NCBI GenBank assembly: GCA_964035575.1
Contig: OZ037833.1
Coordinates: 620,001 to 684,000, forward strand
DNA: 64,000 bases
Source of the DNA: Rhynchopus sp. YZ270_cl-10
Taxonomy: Eukaryota
Direction: 5' to 3'
Under the pieces are notes generated by a model. That model had not been told where the DNA came from and did not search any database. It saw nothing but the letters and a program-made list of their open reading frames with translations. Of the stretch, positions 1-11,902 are shown piece by piece (the stretch's first letter is position 1; each line of letters starts with the position of its first letter). The position numbers were made by a program, and so were the translations under genes.

Positions 1-959
1 GGGGAGGGGGAGGGGGAAAGAGAAGGGGGGGAGGGGGGGGTTTGTTTCCTAGAGAGGGGGTTTTTTTTGTGGAGGGGTGTGAGTATGAAGAAAAAAATGG
101 GGCCTTTTTTTATTAAAACTAATTAGAAAACACAACCTGTGTAGATATACAAATTTGTAAAAGGGGCAGAATTTTTTGTGGTTCGTCATTATCTTATTGT
201 CTTGTTTGTCAGGACGAACAGTCAAAAAAAAAGGTCCCTTTTTTGTTGTCATTAGAAAAATTTATCGTGCGATGAATTTTCGTTTGATGTTTGGCTTGAG
301 GTTTGAGGGAAGGACAGATGCACGATAACCATGTCACCCGGTTAACTTAAAAAAAACAAGATTATTTTTTGCATGATTTTACATGCAAAAATCCTATTAT
401 TTAGAATATATTACCGGGTTACAGGGTCAACGTGTGTTGTATTTAGGGTTTGGAGGGGAAGGTGAGCCAAGGGTGGCAATGAACATGCCGTATTTGGCTT
501 GGGATAAACAGCAAATAAATAAAGCTTTTTGTAAAGATAAACCACCCCTCTGCGCATTGATATACCTTAACACAAAAGGAAACGATCAATTTCATACACT
601 TTCCATTCAAAAGAAGAGAAAGCACACAAAAGGATGGAAACGAAAAAAAAAAGAAAAAAAAAGAGGAAAAAAAGACAAAGAATGGGTAGTTGAAACGTGC
701 TAAAAACGCAGCTCGGTTGTGCTCATACCAAGGGTGGGGTGGGAGGTAAAGGGATGGCAAAGTCTAACAGAACCCACGGTCTAAACACGTTTCGGATTGA
801 GATTTGAGTATGGAAAGCAAAATATGTCGGTTTTTTTGCTTTTTTTTGAATGAAATTTGTCGAAAAAAATATTGTGGTGAATAGCTGGCTCTTGTGTTGC
901 CACACAACTCTCCATTTGCCACCTTTTAAATATTTTTTTTTTTTTGAAAAACTTGACTG

Positions 960-1097
960 TTCCTTTTTTAGGAAATTTTTAGGCAGAGCATGCACGGTCC
1001 TGGAGGCTTCAAGAAAATGGAGTCTGCGGGGCTAAAGAGGAAGTTGCCTTTCCTAAACGTACACACAACTGGAAAAAAAGGGGAAGGTGTCGTCACT
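960..1097. repeat. ~130-bp dispersed repeat (family H), copy 1 of 3; others at ~10324-10443 and ~20245-20378
   Basis: GAGCATGCACGGTCCTGGAGGCTTCAAGAAAATGGAGTC..GGAAGTTGCCTTTCCTAAACGT..GGTGTCGTCA is present three times in the same orientation. Confidence 0.85.
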
Positions 1098-1398
1098 GCG
1101 ATTGACCTTCAAGTAACTCGAGCCAATGCTGTCTGGGTAAAAAAAAAGGGGTGGGAGGCTGAGCCAAATAACGTTCTGATGACAAATCAATTTCCCATTT
1201 CTTTGGAACATTTTTTTTCTAATAAACAAAGGGTCGCGCTTGAGATTGAAATTAGGTGAAGTGTTATTTTTTTTCCTCTCTCCCTCACCCTCTTTCGTGC
1301 GCAACTTATTGTTCACAGAATCGATCCACAAAATTGGTACTGCCGATTTAAAGAAACAAGAAAAAGAAAAGAGAACCAACGGGTCTGCTGGGGGGAAA

Positions 1399-1440
1399 GT
1401 GAATTTGATAGTGCAAAACGCCTCTGGGACGCAGGGCACA
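1399..1440. repeat. Short hairpin module family F (GTTGATAGTGCAAACGCCTCTGGGACGCAGGCACT), representative copy
   Basis: About 10 co-oriented copies: ~1399, 14770, 37320, 39708, 48486, 48800, 53100, 53966, 54020, 59558; AGTGC/GCACT stem. Confidence 0.8.
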
Positions 1441-2285
1441 AAAAAGAAAAAAACAGAAAAATAGAGTATGTGCTGCTTCTCATGTACATACAAAAGGGGG
1501 GTTTGAACAAATGGTATTGTCAGGTGTGCCTCTTCGTGCACAACACATCTTTTTAAAAGTACAACCCATATTATTCCATTTGAGATCGGGGTGGGGCGGG
1601 AAAACTTCCCGGGGGCGGTAAAGGGTGGGGGGGTATTACAGTGAACACTTTTACTATTTTACAAATGAGAGTTGGGGGGGAAAATAATAGCCCTGTTTGT
1701 CCCCCTCCCCTGCCTTCCGTTCAGCTTTCACGTCCACAGGGTTGTGTAACTGTTTCGTGGAAACAAAAGTAGCAGGAAGGGAGGAGGGGGTGACGGGCGA
1801 AGGCTATATTTTTCTTCTTCCTTTTTTTTTCTCTCAAAAACTTGTTTTGTATTAGTACAAACACCCCAAAGGATGAGCTCTAGCAGTTTCGAAAGAGCTT
1901 TTTCCTCCCACTGTAACCTGCGATGTAGCACCACGCTGGATGATAGGGTCACATGATCAGTTCATCATGATGGGTTGCATGATGACGGGGGTGTCGTTAC
2001 TATGATTGAGATTTTGTATTTGCTTATCTATTAGAGCCAGTGTAGCTGCCACGCAAGCAGTCTTGCACACTGTCCACGTTTCGCTCCCACGTAAAAGGCT
2101 TTTTCTTTTTCTTTTTTTTGCTGAGTCAAGAAACGCACAATTATCCACAGTAGACATCGTTGCAACGTTGTATTTGACAATATTGTTTGCAAAAAAAAGG
2201 TTAAGAAAAATGTTTTAAAACTACAATATAGAGCTTGTCCAACACTGTCTCCTCTTTTATCTTGGTTTCTTTTGTGGGGGAAATA

Positions 2286-2391
2286 CAGTAAGACGACAAA
2301 CATTGGAGGAGTAAAAACTCCTCCTTCTTAGAGTGTTGAAATTCCAAAATCCACCTTAGGTTTTACCCCTCCGGTGTTTGTTGTCTTACTG
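2286..2391. mobile_element. Tc1/mariner-type MITE
   Basis: TIR CAGTAAGACGACAAAC / GTTTGTTGTCTTACTG flanked by TA; second copy at 54653-54756. Confidence 0.8.
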
Positions 2392-2777
2392 TATTCTTCT
2401 TTTGGTAAATTGTTGTAGTGTAGTTGCCTCGGTTGTGCAAATCTCCACTTTTCAACATTTTTTTTTCATTCCGCACTGCATCCCTCGTCATCAGACTAGG
2501 CAGTAGTGCAGATCGCATTTTTATTTTATTTTTTCGTTTGTGTGAATCAGAGATTTCCGCTTATCTTCATTCAACTTTCCAAAAACTGTGAAGATATGAA
2601 GATATGTCCAAAAAAGGGGTTCATTTCACGTCAATACGTCATGACCCAAAGATTTTTTTTTTAGACCCTATCTTCACAGCGGAAACACTGTGTGAAGATA
2701 AACAAAATCAGAGGTTGAAATGTGCAATCACCTCACCGTACATCGGGCGTACTGTAACAAACAAAAGAACGCGTAAG

Positions 2778-2803
2778 ATGAGTGCCTCTCGTGCACACAT
2801 CTC
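2778..2803. repeat. Short hairpin module family D (GATGAATGTGCCTCTCGTGCACACATCT), representative copy
   Basis: Variants at ~1524, 2778, 3025, 11077, 21038, 24118, 37239, 55084; TGTGC/GCACA stem with CTCTCGT loop. Confidence 0.7.
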
Positions 2804-2870
2804 GCAAAACGGGATTTTAAAAGGAGTCGTGAAGAACACATGGCTCACGAAAGGGTGTTCTGTTTTCTTA

Positions 2871-2901
<31 letters not shown>

Positions 2902-3685
2902 GAAAAATTGAAAAATTAATGTGTAGACACCTCGCTTTTTTCTCGTGTGAACTCCACGCCATTTTTTTCTTCCCTTCTTCGTATCATCAAATCATAGTTC
3001 TGTCGACGACAACGAAAAAAATCTGATGAAATGTGCACTCTCTGCACACATCTTCACTATCGTTATCGCGTTGAACCACGCTGGATTGACAAAAAAGGAT
3101 TGCATGAACACTTTCCCTCCGAAGTGATTCCTTCGTTTTGTTTTTTTGTTTTTGTTTGCTTTTTTGGTCGTCCAAATAGTGAAGGTGAGAGTGGGTTAAG
3201 AGAAAAAGGGTGAGAGTGGGAAACAAAGGGTATTTGATTGTGCAAAGAAAAAAAAAGGGAATTTGACAAGAAGTTGAAAAAGAAAGAAGAAAAGAAAAAA
3301 AGAAAAAAAAAGGGAGTGTACAAAAAGATAAAAGATTTAAAGAAAACTTGAAGGGCGAAATGTGTGCTTCATTGTGCCCATATATCAAGGGGGGTGGGGT
3401 TAATATTTTCTTTTTAGAAAAAACAATGGTTTTGACATCTGAAAAAGTGATGGCGTAAGAGGTATGGGAACGGGCAGGAAAAAGAAGAAAAAAGAACGAA
3501 AGAAAGAAAAGGCTATCAGATGACATCAAAACCTCCCTCGTGCTTAGTCTGATTAGATTACTTAATGTTTTGAACATTGGTTATTCATCAATCTTTTTTG
3601 TTGTATTTTTGGATCCTTTTTGTTTTGTTTTTGTTTTTTTGTAAATATGCATATTCAAAAGTTTTTGTAGGGTGGTACATCTGTA

Positions 3686-3774
3686 CCACAAGTCCATGTT
3701 TCAGTCCTAAACGCATACATTAGTTGTAAACAGAGGTGGACTTCATCAGTGCATGACCCTCTGTGGACTTGTAG
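3686..3774 (-). ncRNA. Hammerhead-ribozyme-like motif, copy 1
   Basis: Minus strand reads ACAAGUCCA-CAGAGG-GUC-AUGCA-CUGAUGA-AGUCC-(30 nt)-GGACU-GAAAC-A-UGGACUUGU: both core boxes, a 5-bp helix II and a closing 9-bp helix; helix I is non-canonical. Confidence 0.6.
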
Positions 3775-5264
3775 TTAGTGTTCCGCTGTCGCTCAAGGCC
3801 CAGACAGTTTTCGAAACCTACATTGTAAAAGAATGAAAAAATCAAAATTGCAAAAATAAAAGTGGATCATGTTCAAAAAAAACTTGTTTTATATTTTCGG
3901 ATGATCGTAGCTCACCTCATCCAAGGCAGTTACTCTGCATATAGCAGGGTACTTTGTTAAAAAAAGGTCAAATATAACGCCACTACTGACTCGCCACGTG
4001 GGTCGATAGTCAGCATAATAGTGACACAGGTGGTTTGCAGGTTGTTAGTAGATTTTAATCTTCAACCATTTTTTTAGCTTTTTTTATGAAGAAACTTTGT
4101 AACTCTGGTCGATCAAGTCTTTTCTGCTCGGCTCGGCTCGGCACACTCGCTCGGCTCGGCTCGGCTCGGCAGGGGGTTGGGGGTTGGGGGCAGGGTCGGC
4201 TCGGGTATATATCCCGGCTCGCCCTGTGGGTCTTAATGGGTTCATCGCCCAAGCTTGCCCTTGGTCGGAATGGGTTGGCTGCCCATACTCGCCATTGCTT
4301 GTCTATCAGGCACGAAGTAAAATATAAAAGTTAGCTATCGACATCGAATCTATCATTTGTTATGCAGAAGCGCTGTCTTGATTGCTTACATCTGTTTGTT
4401 TCTTTTGTTTTTTTTATCTTGGATGAACAAAGGTGCATGTTGGTGATATTTAATAGTCGCCAACTTGTTGCAATGTTTTCTTGTTTGCCACATGTCAGGC
4501 TAAGCTTAGAAAAATGAGTGTATCTTATTTTTGCGCTTTTTGTGTTGCTGAAGGTACACAAAAGTTATTCGGGGTACAGCCTGTACATCTTTCCCCAAGT
4601 ATGTAGCGGTATTATCCGGGCTGACCGTAAAAAAAGGTAAAAAAAGGGAAAAAAAGGTGAAAATGGATATTTGGTGTACGGGTATATCCTCTTCGCAAAA
4701 AATGTTGCAGCACACTTTGTTCGTGGTTATTCTCAACGTAATTAGTACGCGAGACAAAAATCCCCGCGTTCACTGAAGCGAGACATGAATACTTTTTGTT
4801 TCGTGGAACCCGTTCACTGGATAACAGCAGGTTCGTCTTCATCGGTGTTTTGTTTCAAAAAATAAAAAAAGGAAAAAGTCTTTTGAATGAAAAGTTTGAT
4901 TGATGTTCTGGCATTCATGGACTGGCGTATCTGTTTCTAAGCCGCTCGTCCGCCAGGTTGAACACATATTTTTTATATTTTTATTCAACTATATAAAACG
5001 TCCATGGTCTTATTACTACTGGAAGCAGAAAAAAGCCACTTCCTACGTTTTATGTGGCTGCCTGCTTGTTGCAAACAAAATGCTGCGACCAACAGACCGT
5101 CTAGGACGCGGTATCACAGGGGTTAGTCTGATTAGATTACTTAATGTTTTGAACATTGGTTATTCATCAATCTTTTTTGTTGTATTTTTGGATCCTTTTT
5201 GTTTTGTTTTTGTTTTTTTGTAAATATGCATATTCAAAAGTTTTTGTAGGGTGGTACATCTGTA

Positions 5265-5354
5265 CCACAAGTCCATGTTTCAGTCCTAAACGCATACATT
5301 AGTTGTAAACAGAGGTGGACTTCATCAGTGCATGACCCTCTGTGGACTTTGTAG
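5265..5354 (-). ncRNA. Hammerhead-ribozyme-like motif, copy 2
   Basis: Same motif 1579 bp away in the second direct repeat (TCATCAG at 5322-5328). Confidence 0.6.
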
Positions 5355-5522
5355 TTAGTGTTCCGCTGTCGCTCAAGGCCCAGACAGTTTTCGAAACCTA
5401 CATTGTAAAAGAATGAAAAAATCAAAATTGCAAAAATAAAAGTGGATCATGTTCAAAAAAAAACTCGTGCTTAGTCACCTTGATCACGTGTCTGGAATTG
5501 CACAAAAAACGTTGCATGAAAA

Positions 5523-6275
5523 CAGTGTTTCCCACGGTGAGATTTTGGGGTGAGAAATCTCACAAAAAAAAAAAAAAAAAAAAAAAAAAGTGAGGTGAGA
5601 AATCTCACCTGCAGGGAAAAAAAAAAAAAAAAATACAACAAAAAAATCATGGTTGAACCACGGGAGTACCATGGGGAACTGGGTTGCTGACCGCACCATC
5701 CAGGCTGTAACTCAATTTTTTTTTGCCTGCGGCGCCATTTTCCCTTTTTTGCTCCGCAAAAAAGGGTTCGGTGTGTGACTATGTGCTGTAAAAAAGATAG
5801 ATTTTTACACTGTACCCTAATTTTTTTTCGCCTGCGGCGCCATTTGTTTGATTTTTTTTTGCTCCGCAAAAATCCCTATGTTCCCAATGTCCCTGGTCAG
5901 CAGTGCTGAGAAATTTTGGGCACAAAAACAAGCTGACCCCCCAATCTTCCAACGACAGTGACATTTATGTCAACAATTTTTAGAAATGTTGCGTACCGTG
6001 GCTTCGCTTGGGTGTCATGCCTGCCATGACTGCCGTTTATTTTGTAAATGTACTGAGGTTACTGATAATTCGTGTACCACGTGTGCCTGGTGCAAATATC
6101 AATGAAGTGCCGAACTCCGAGAAATTCTCACATTCCGCCGGAGGCCCCCAACTTGAGCTAAGGTGGGGACCCGGGCGCGCGAAGCGCGCCCGGGCTCGCC
6201 ACACCTATACAAAAACCCGCAAAACCGCAAAATCTCACCTATTTTCAGAGTTAGGTGAGATGCTGGGAAACACTG
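5523..6275. mobile_element. Non-autonomous hAT DNA transposon
   Basis: TIR CAGTGTTTCCCA / TGGGAAACACTG; 8-bp TSD CATGAAAA (5515-5522, 6276-6283); subterminal GGTGAGA repeats. Confidence 0.9.
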
Positions 6276-6341
6276 CATGAAAAAAAAAAAAAAATGAAAA
6301 ATGAATGTGCCTCACAAAACGCATATTACAGTTTTCCTTTC

Positions 6342-6405
6342 GATAAATTGTTGGAGTAGTGTAGTTGCCTCGGTTGTGTTGCCATAGTTTGTGCAAATCT
6401 CCACT
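6342..6405. repeat. Short hairpin module family A (~65 bp, GATAAATTGTTGGAGTAGTGTAGTTGCCTC..GCAAATCTCCACT), representative copy
   Basis: About 15 co-oriented copies: ~2404, 6342, 6725 (partial), 13191, 13498, 13791, 21213, 23981, 24497, 25510, 27912, 35856, 36796, 38457, 53449; usually in T tracts. Confidence 0.9.
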
Positions 6406-8754
6406 TTTCTCCGCATTCTTTTTTTGAAAAAATAGGCAAAAATGCGATATTGGAGCACAAAAGTTCGTACCACCAAAACAGAAGTAACAGTAATAAGATG
6501 GAGCTTAAGCTTCGTGTGTGCCTATAGCCACCTTATAAGAGAAAGAAATGAAGGAATGAACTGTAAAAATGAAAGGTTCAATTCGAGCAGAAAATGCTAT
6601 TTTGAAAAACTTGGTTTGTATTAGTGCAGCCACCCTTAGAGTGTACTCCACTGTACTTCACTAAACACTACTTCTTTTTGCTTTTTTCCCATCATTTTTT
6701 CTTCTAGTTGTGTACTTTGAAAAAATGTTGGAAGTGTAGTTGCCTGGAAAATAAGCTTCACTTTTGCGGTTTCCTAGGACTACGATGGGGCTTCTTCAGT
6801 ACATTAGTGATGTATTTCCAGGCAAAAAAACACCACAATTTCATCCGAAGTTGGGTTTTCAGACCTGAAAAATAACCTTTGTTTACGAGTATGGGTTCAT
6901 ACTTTGTAAAAAAAATTAAGTCACTAAAAAAGTTGCCATTTTTTTTTTTTTCATTTTTGACTCCACCACAAGCTGGGAGTGGCCTGGAAATGACACAAAA
7001 ACGGGGTTTTCGGGACCTCCCTATTTTTTGTGGGTTTTGTGAAGGGGATTTGAGAATAACGTTTTCAGATTTTTTTTTTTTTTTTTTGGTTCTTTCTTTC
7101 TTTCTTTCTTTCTTTCGTGTTGGTTGTTTGTGAAAATACTTGTGGAGGAGAGAGGGAGGGAGGATTTGTGATCGTTTTTTTTTCTTTTTCTTTTTCAAAG
7201 GTACATGTAGACGCCATTTAGACAGGTCTTCACAATATAAATTTTCAGTGAGGGGGGGTTTCAATGGGGTTTTTTGAAGGGAGGAAAGAGGGGGAAGAGG
7301 AAGGTACAGATGAAGTGCGATACCATAAACAAATGAACGAAAACCGCAAATCTATCTGTACTCTCGCACGGAAGCGCAACGAAAAGAAACAAAAAGAACA
7401 AAAAAAACAACAAAGCGAATGAATGCAAAAAGAACCGCTTGTCAATGATTAAAAGGTCGGTCCCCCCTCGTCACTTCATGTACACAACCTCTCGAAAATA
7501 ATGCAAAACGCTGAATATCACTGACAACGGGGAGGGGAAAGGATTTTTTTTTTTTTGCAAGATGAACCAAAAGCCTGTATGTACTTAGTCACCTTGCACA
7601 CAAGACGAAAAAAAAAAATGTTTCTGAATAACCGAATCACATCATCGCTCAGAAATTATTGAGGGATGCGAAGAGGTGTAAATGGGTGGGAAGCATAGGT
7701 CACTGGGGGAACGATGTAACGGATGGGGGGGGTGAGAATCTTTGAGAAAAGATGTGGAAGATTTCATGCAGAGAAAAATAAATGAAGAGAAAAAAGAAAG
7801 AAAAAATGCGTGAGTTGAGTGTACCTTATGCACACACATATCCTCACCGTGAAAGGGTCTTGCCTTGAAATACAACAATAGGCTTGAAAGTTTGTTTTGT
7901 TTTTTGTCAACTTACCTTCCTTCACCCCCCCTGTAAGGGCAACCGTAGGTGAAGTAAGGTATAGTATTGAAATCGATGTGGGGGGGGGAGTAAAGGGTCA
8001 ATTTTACAAAACCAGATTTTGAGGAAAATTTTAGCCGAAAATGGGCCCCACGTATAAGGAACCGGGCTCATATTTCTCAAAATTTAAGTGCTCAAAAAAT
8101 TGTCCAATTTTCGAGATTGACCCCACCACTGCACGGGCGGATCCCAAAAATGCAAATAAGGACCCTTTTTAATTTGTTCTCTTGAAATGTGTAATTTCAT
8201 GTTTTCGCGAAAAAAATAACAACTGATCCTACAAGGGTTGAAGGAAGGTGGTTGAAAACAACAATAACAACAAGGACAAGTAATTGCTAAGAAAAAAGCG
8301 GGTGTGCTGTGGAAAACTCCGCGCGATTTTCGAAACCACCGTAGCATCCTGGCGATTTGCTGGTGTGATCGATGTGTTGTAGTCTGTGCATTCTGTGTTC
8401 CTTCCGCACTGCTCCAACGACGACGACAATGTGGGGAGCCTGTGGACAAAAACGAGCTGGACCACGCCGAGCCTGCCGAGCGGGCGTCCAACAACGCTAT
8501 CGAGCAGATGGTGCTGGACGAAGAGGACAGCCCCCCTTCTTGAACGTTTCAGATGCTGGAGTCCCAGTGGGTCTGGCAGTGTACGAAGAGCGTTAGCATA
8601 CCTGCAGAAGAGCAGAATGCTGGGCTTATTGTAGATTATTTCTACAGGATGGAGTTCCACATCACACCCCGTTTTTTTTCCGATAGCAATTACTTGTTTT
8701 TTTTTTTAATTTTTGCTACTCTGTTTATTTTGTGTTGTATTTCACTGTAGTAAC

Positions 8755-9849
8755 CATGCAATGCAACGAGGCCGGGTACGCCTGAAAATACTCGTATCTG
8801 GAAAATATATCTGAGGCGTGCCTGAGGCGTCACTGAGGCGTGCCTGAGGCGTACTCGGGATTAGTTACGTTTAAGTACGCCTCAGGCACGCCTGAGTATA
8901 TATCAACGCATACTTGCGTTTCAGGCGCCTGGTGTGGATTTTTTCCCCGCAAAATGGGCCTCTGATGAATTTCGGAGCGATCTGAAAAAATTCCGGGGTC
9001 GGACAATTTTTTTAGCAAAAAATGCGTGACTTTAAGTTTGTACCAAAATCAGGGGAAAGTATACCCGGTTTCATATTTCTGCCGATATATAAAATTATTA
9101 CGCACAGGTCATCACGTTTCTAAGGCATGCCATGTATTTTCCCCACCCCCTGAAATGTGCTGAAATCAACTTTCGGTGTCCTGCTGAGAAAATTGCGGGG
9201 TCGCAAGATATTTTTAGCGGAAAAATATCATGGTCACTGCCTACAGTAAACTGTCTACTAAAAAGAGGCTTCGCAGAAGATGCGTCATACCTCGGTTATG
9301 TATGAAAAAGTCTTTTGGTCACCCCATAGTTGTATTTTAATTAGAGCTGTGGTCTGTGGATGAAGGAGACCTGTGTATGATTTTAGGATCTCGATGGGAG
9401 CTTTCTAGTGTTGGAGGATCCAGCCTTGTATGAGCCTCTTCCGTCTTGCATCAAGTTGGGCCGCGAAGGGCCCAGTCGAAAATCACCCCCGAGATTTGTT
9501 TCCAATGATTTTTGAACCAATGAAATACCCGAATGTACCACCAAAATATATATCATCAGCACCAAAGCTTAGCGAACCCTTTTCATTTTTTCGACTCGCT
9601 CGGCCCAGAGGCACATTTTTCATCGTGCGACCCCGCATTTAAAAGATTTTGCTACCTCTGAATCGAAAGCCACAAAATTTGGGGCGAAATACTTTTTTGT
9701 TCATGACCAAAATGCTGGTAAGAATATAAATATACTCAGGCGTGCCTGAGGCGTACTTAAACGTAACTAATCCCGAGTACGCCTCAGGCACGCCTGAGTA
9801 TTTATTTTCAGGCCTTGGCGAGGCCGACTCGGCCTCGTTGCATTGTATG
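8755..9849. mobile_element. Non-autonomous TIR DNA transposon, unclassified (6-bp TSD)
   Basis: TIR CATGCAATGCAACGAGGCCG / CGGCCTCGTTGCATTGTATG; AGTAAC duplicated at 8749-8754 and 9850-9855; inverted subterminal block of CTCAGGCGTGCCTGAG repeats at ~8830-8900 and ~9730-9800. Confidence 0.85.
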
Positions 9850-9902
9850 AGTAACTTTGTTTTTTCGTGCGCTTTGCTGAGATTAATGGGCTGTTGTCTA
9901 AA

Positions 9903-9942
9903 ATTAGATTCATATACTTTCAGTTCACAGAATTGAAGTATT
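9903..9942. repeat. Short hairpin module family G (TTAGATTCATATACTTTCAGTTCACAGAATTGAAGTAT)
   Basis: Co-oriented copies at ~9903, ~28630 and ~41651 (the last has an internal deletion and lies in an intron). Confidence 0.7.
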
Positions 9943-11086
9943 TGAGGGTCAACACATGCACCCTTTCTTTTGTCTAAAAAAAAATGTTGAAAGATATGCC
10001 CACGTGAATCGCATATAAAATGTTTTCAACGCAACATTTCAAGGGAAAAAAAAAACTATGTACGAACCAATGCAAAAAAAAATAATATAACTTAAAGATC
10101 CCCTCCCCTGAACTGCTGATTTGCCATGCATGGTTTGTATCGGACCGGAAGCTACGCTCCTTGGTCTGTTTGTGGTCAATGTGGGTTTGCAGTTGTGGTC
10201 GGGTTTTTGCGTTGTGGAGCAAAAGTAGAGTGCTATTTTCTTCTTCTTTTTTTTTTGAAATGTGTCCAGTGCAAACGACACAGACTGTGGGTTTTATGAA
10301 GTATTTTTTAAAAAAAATTACCATTCCTTTTTTAGGGAACTGAGCATGCACGGTCCTGGAAGCTCCAAGAAAATGGAGTCAGCGGGGCTTAATAGGAAGT
10401 TGCCTTTCCTAAACGTGCACACATAAGGGGGGAGGTGTCGTCAGTCACCTATATCATATTGAAATACCATTCTATACCAATGGTATTTCAATAGTGTTAC
10501 CCCCCCTTTTTTGTTGTTTTTGTGGTGCGCTTGTTTTGTTGTGTTTTTGGAAAGGAAAGGGAAGGGAGCATTTTTAGTGTAGCCTTTTTGAAAAAAAAAT
10601 TCTGTTTCTTTTGAAAATAGAGAAAAAAAAAAAAGAGTTGAAAGTGCTATAACACCGCCTGGAGTGGGCTAGTGATACATAGAGATAAATACAAAAATAG
10701 TAACACTGTACATGATGCGACCGTATAAATATTCAGTTCCGCTGCACAGCTGAAGGGGTTGGGGTTTTGCTGGGTTGGAGGGAGAACATGACTTGAATTA
10801 AAACACAGAAAAAAAAAAACATCCGATTTTTTTCTTTTCTTTTTTGAATTTCCTTTGCGTCATTCACAAAACGCGGGGGAAAAAAGTACAGACGAACTTG
10901 AAAATGTAAATTTAAGAAAGCTTTCCAAGATGAACACGAAGCTATCTTGCTTGGTCAACAAAAAAAAAATCCCAAATTTTAGTGCTTTGGACCATCCGGA
11001 GCCTTCTGTAAGGGCGCCCAGATGGTTTCCAGACCAAAATAAGGAGGAAAAAAAAATTAAAGAAAGCTTGTAAGATGATGAATGTG

Positions 11087-11117
<31 letters not shown>

Positions 11118-11676
11118 TCTTTAAAAGCAACTGATTGAAACGCACCGCTCCTGCTCATGAATGCAGTGCAAAAATAATATCTTTCAGAAAGATAAGGCTA
11201 AATACCACCAAATTTCAGGCAAAATCAGGTGGGATGGAAAAGGAAAGGAAAAGAAAGGGTTTGGGGTGGGGGGAAAAGGTTCACCTTTTGTGTAATTTGT
11301 GTATTGTTCACAGTTGTTCAACGATTCATTTTGTAAATGGCGGGGCGATACAATAAAAAAAAAACAGATAGTATAGGATTTGGGTTGGGGAAAGTGATGA
11401 TATTCGGTATTGTGATCTTTTCCTTCTGAAATGAGTTTTTTGATTGGGAAAATACATTCAGAGAAACACAATGCAATCAAAAATAGGATTTTTGGGTTTT
11501 TGGGTTTGGGCTCCTCATGTTATAGGCTAAACTTGTGAAAATTTGTGAAAACGAATAACTTTTAAATAAAGGGGACAAATGTGAAGTTGGGGTGAGGTAT
11601 ACTAAAATGCATCATAGCATCACGAAGATGAAGATAATTTCAAAAAAAAAAAAAAAAATGTAGCTAAAAAATAAAA

Positions 11677-11902
11677 GAGTAGTTGAAACGTGCTAAACTT
11701 ACTAGCTTAGCACTAAACGCATCTCAGTCAAGCTCATGCAAAGGGTGAGACGTGAGTAGTCCGCACCGTAAGAGAACGGAGGCGGTTCAACAACCGCTCG
11801 ACACATCACGCGACCTCTTTATACCCCAGCCCTTTTTTAACGGCTTGCTTTTTGAATAGCGGGGGGACCCTGAGGGCAATCATGGCTCAGTTCGACAAAC
11901 GC
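11677..11902. repeat. ~210-bp dispersed repeat; second copy 24165-24373, partial copy ~687-735
   Basis: Near-identical GTTGAAACGTGCTAAA..GGCTCAGTTCGACAAACGC in the same orientation; no TIR or TSD seen. Confidence 0.85.

Larger units (their letters stand above)
3550..5463 (-). mobile_element. Non-autonomous retrozyme / Penelope-like element with ~340-bp terminal direct repeats
   Basis: Near-identical direct repeats 3544-3882 and 5123-5463; 13-bp duplication CTCGTGCTTAGTC at 3537-3549 and 5464-5476; hammerhead-like core in each repeat; no intact ORF in the body. Confidence 0.7.

Noticed and set aside
985..1010. Minus-strand CCTCCAGGACCGTGCA resembling the 3' end of metazoan U2 snRNA
   Set aside because: Short match only; no U2 5' region, branch-point pairing sequence or Sm site.
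383..3577. Numerous 60-200 aa Lys- or Phe-rich ORFs in spacers
   Set aside because: Translations of poly-A/poly-T tracts with no coding-like composition.
3883..5122. Possible RT or GIY-YIG remnant in the body of the ribozyme element
   Set aside because: No YxDD or GIY-YIG motif found in the frames inspected; treated as non-coding.
8304..8660. GC-rich stretch with overlapping short ORFs
   Set aside because: No consistent frame or domain; probably a decayed transposon interior, but I could not define its ends.
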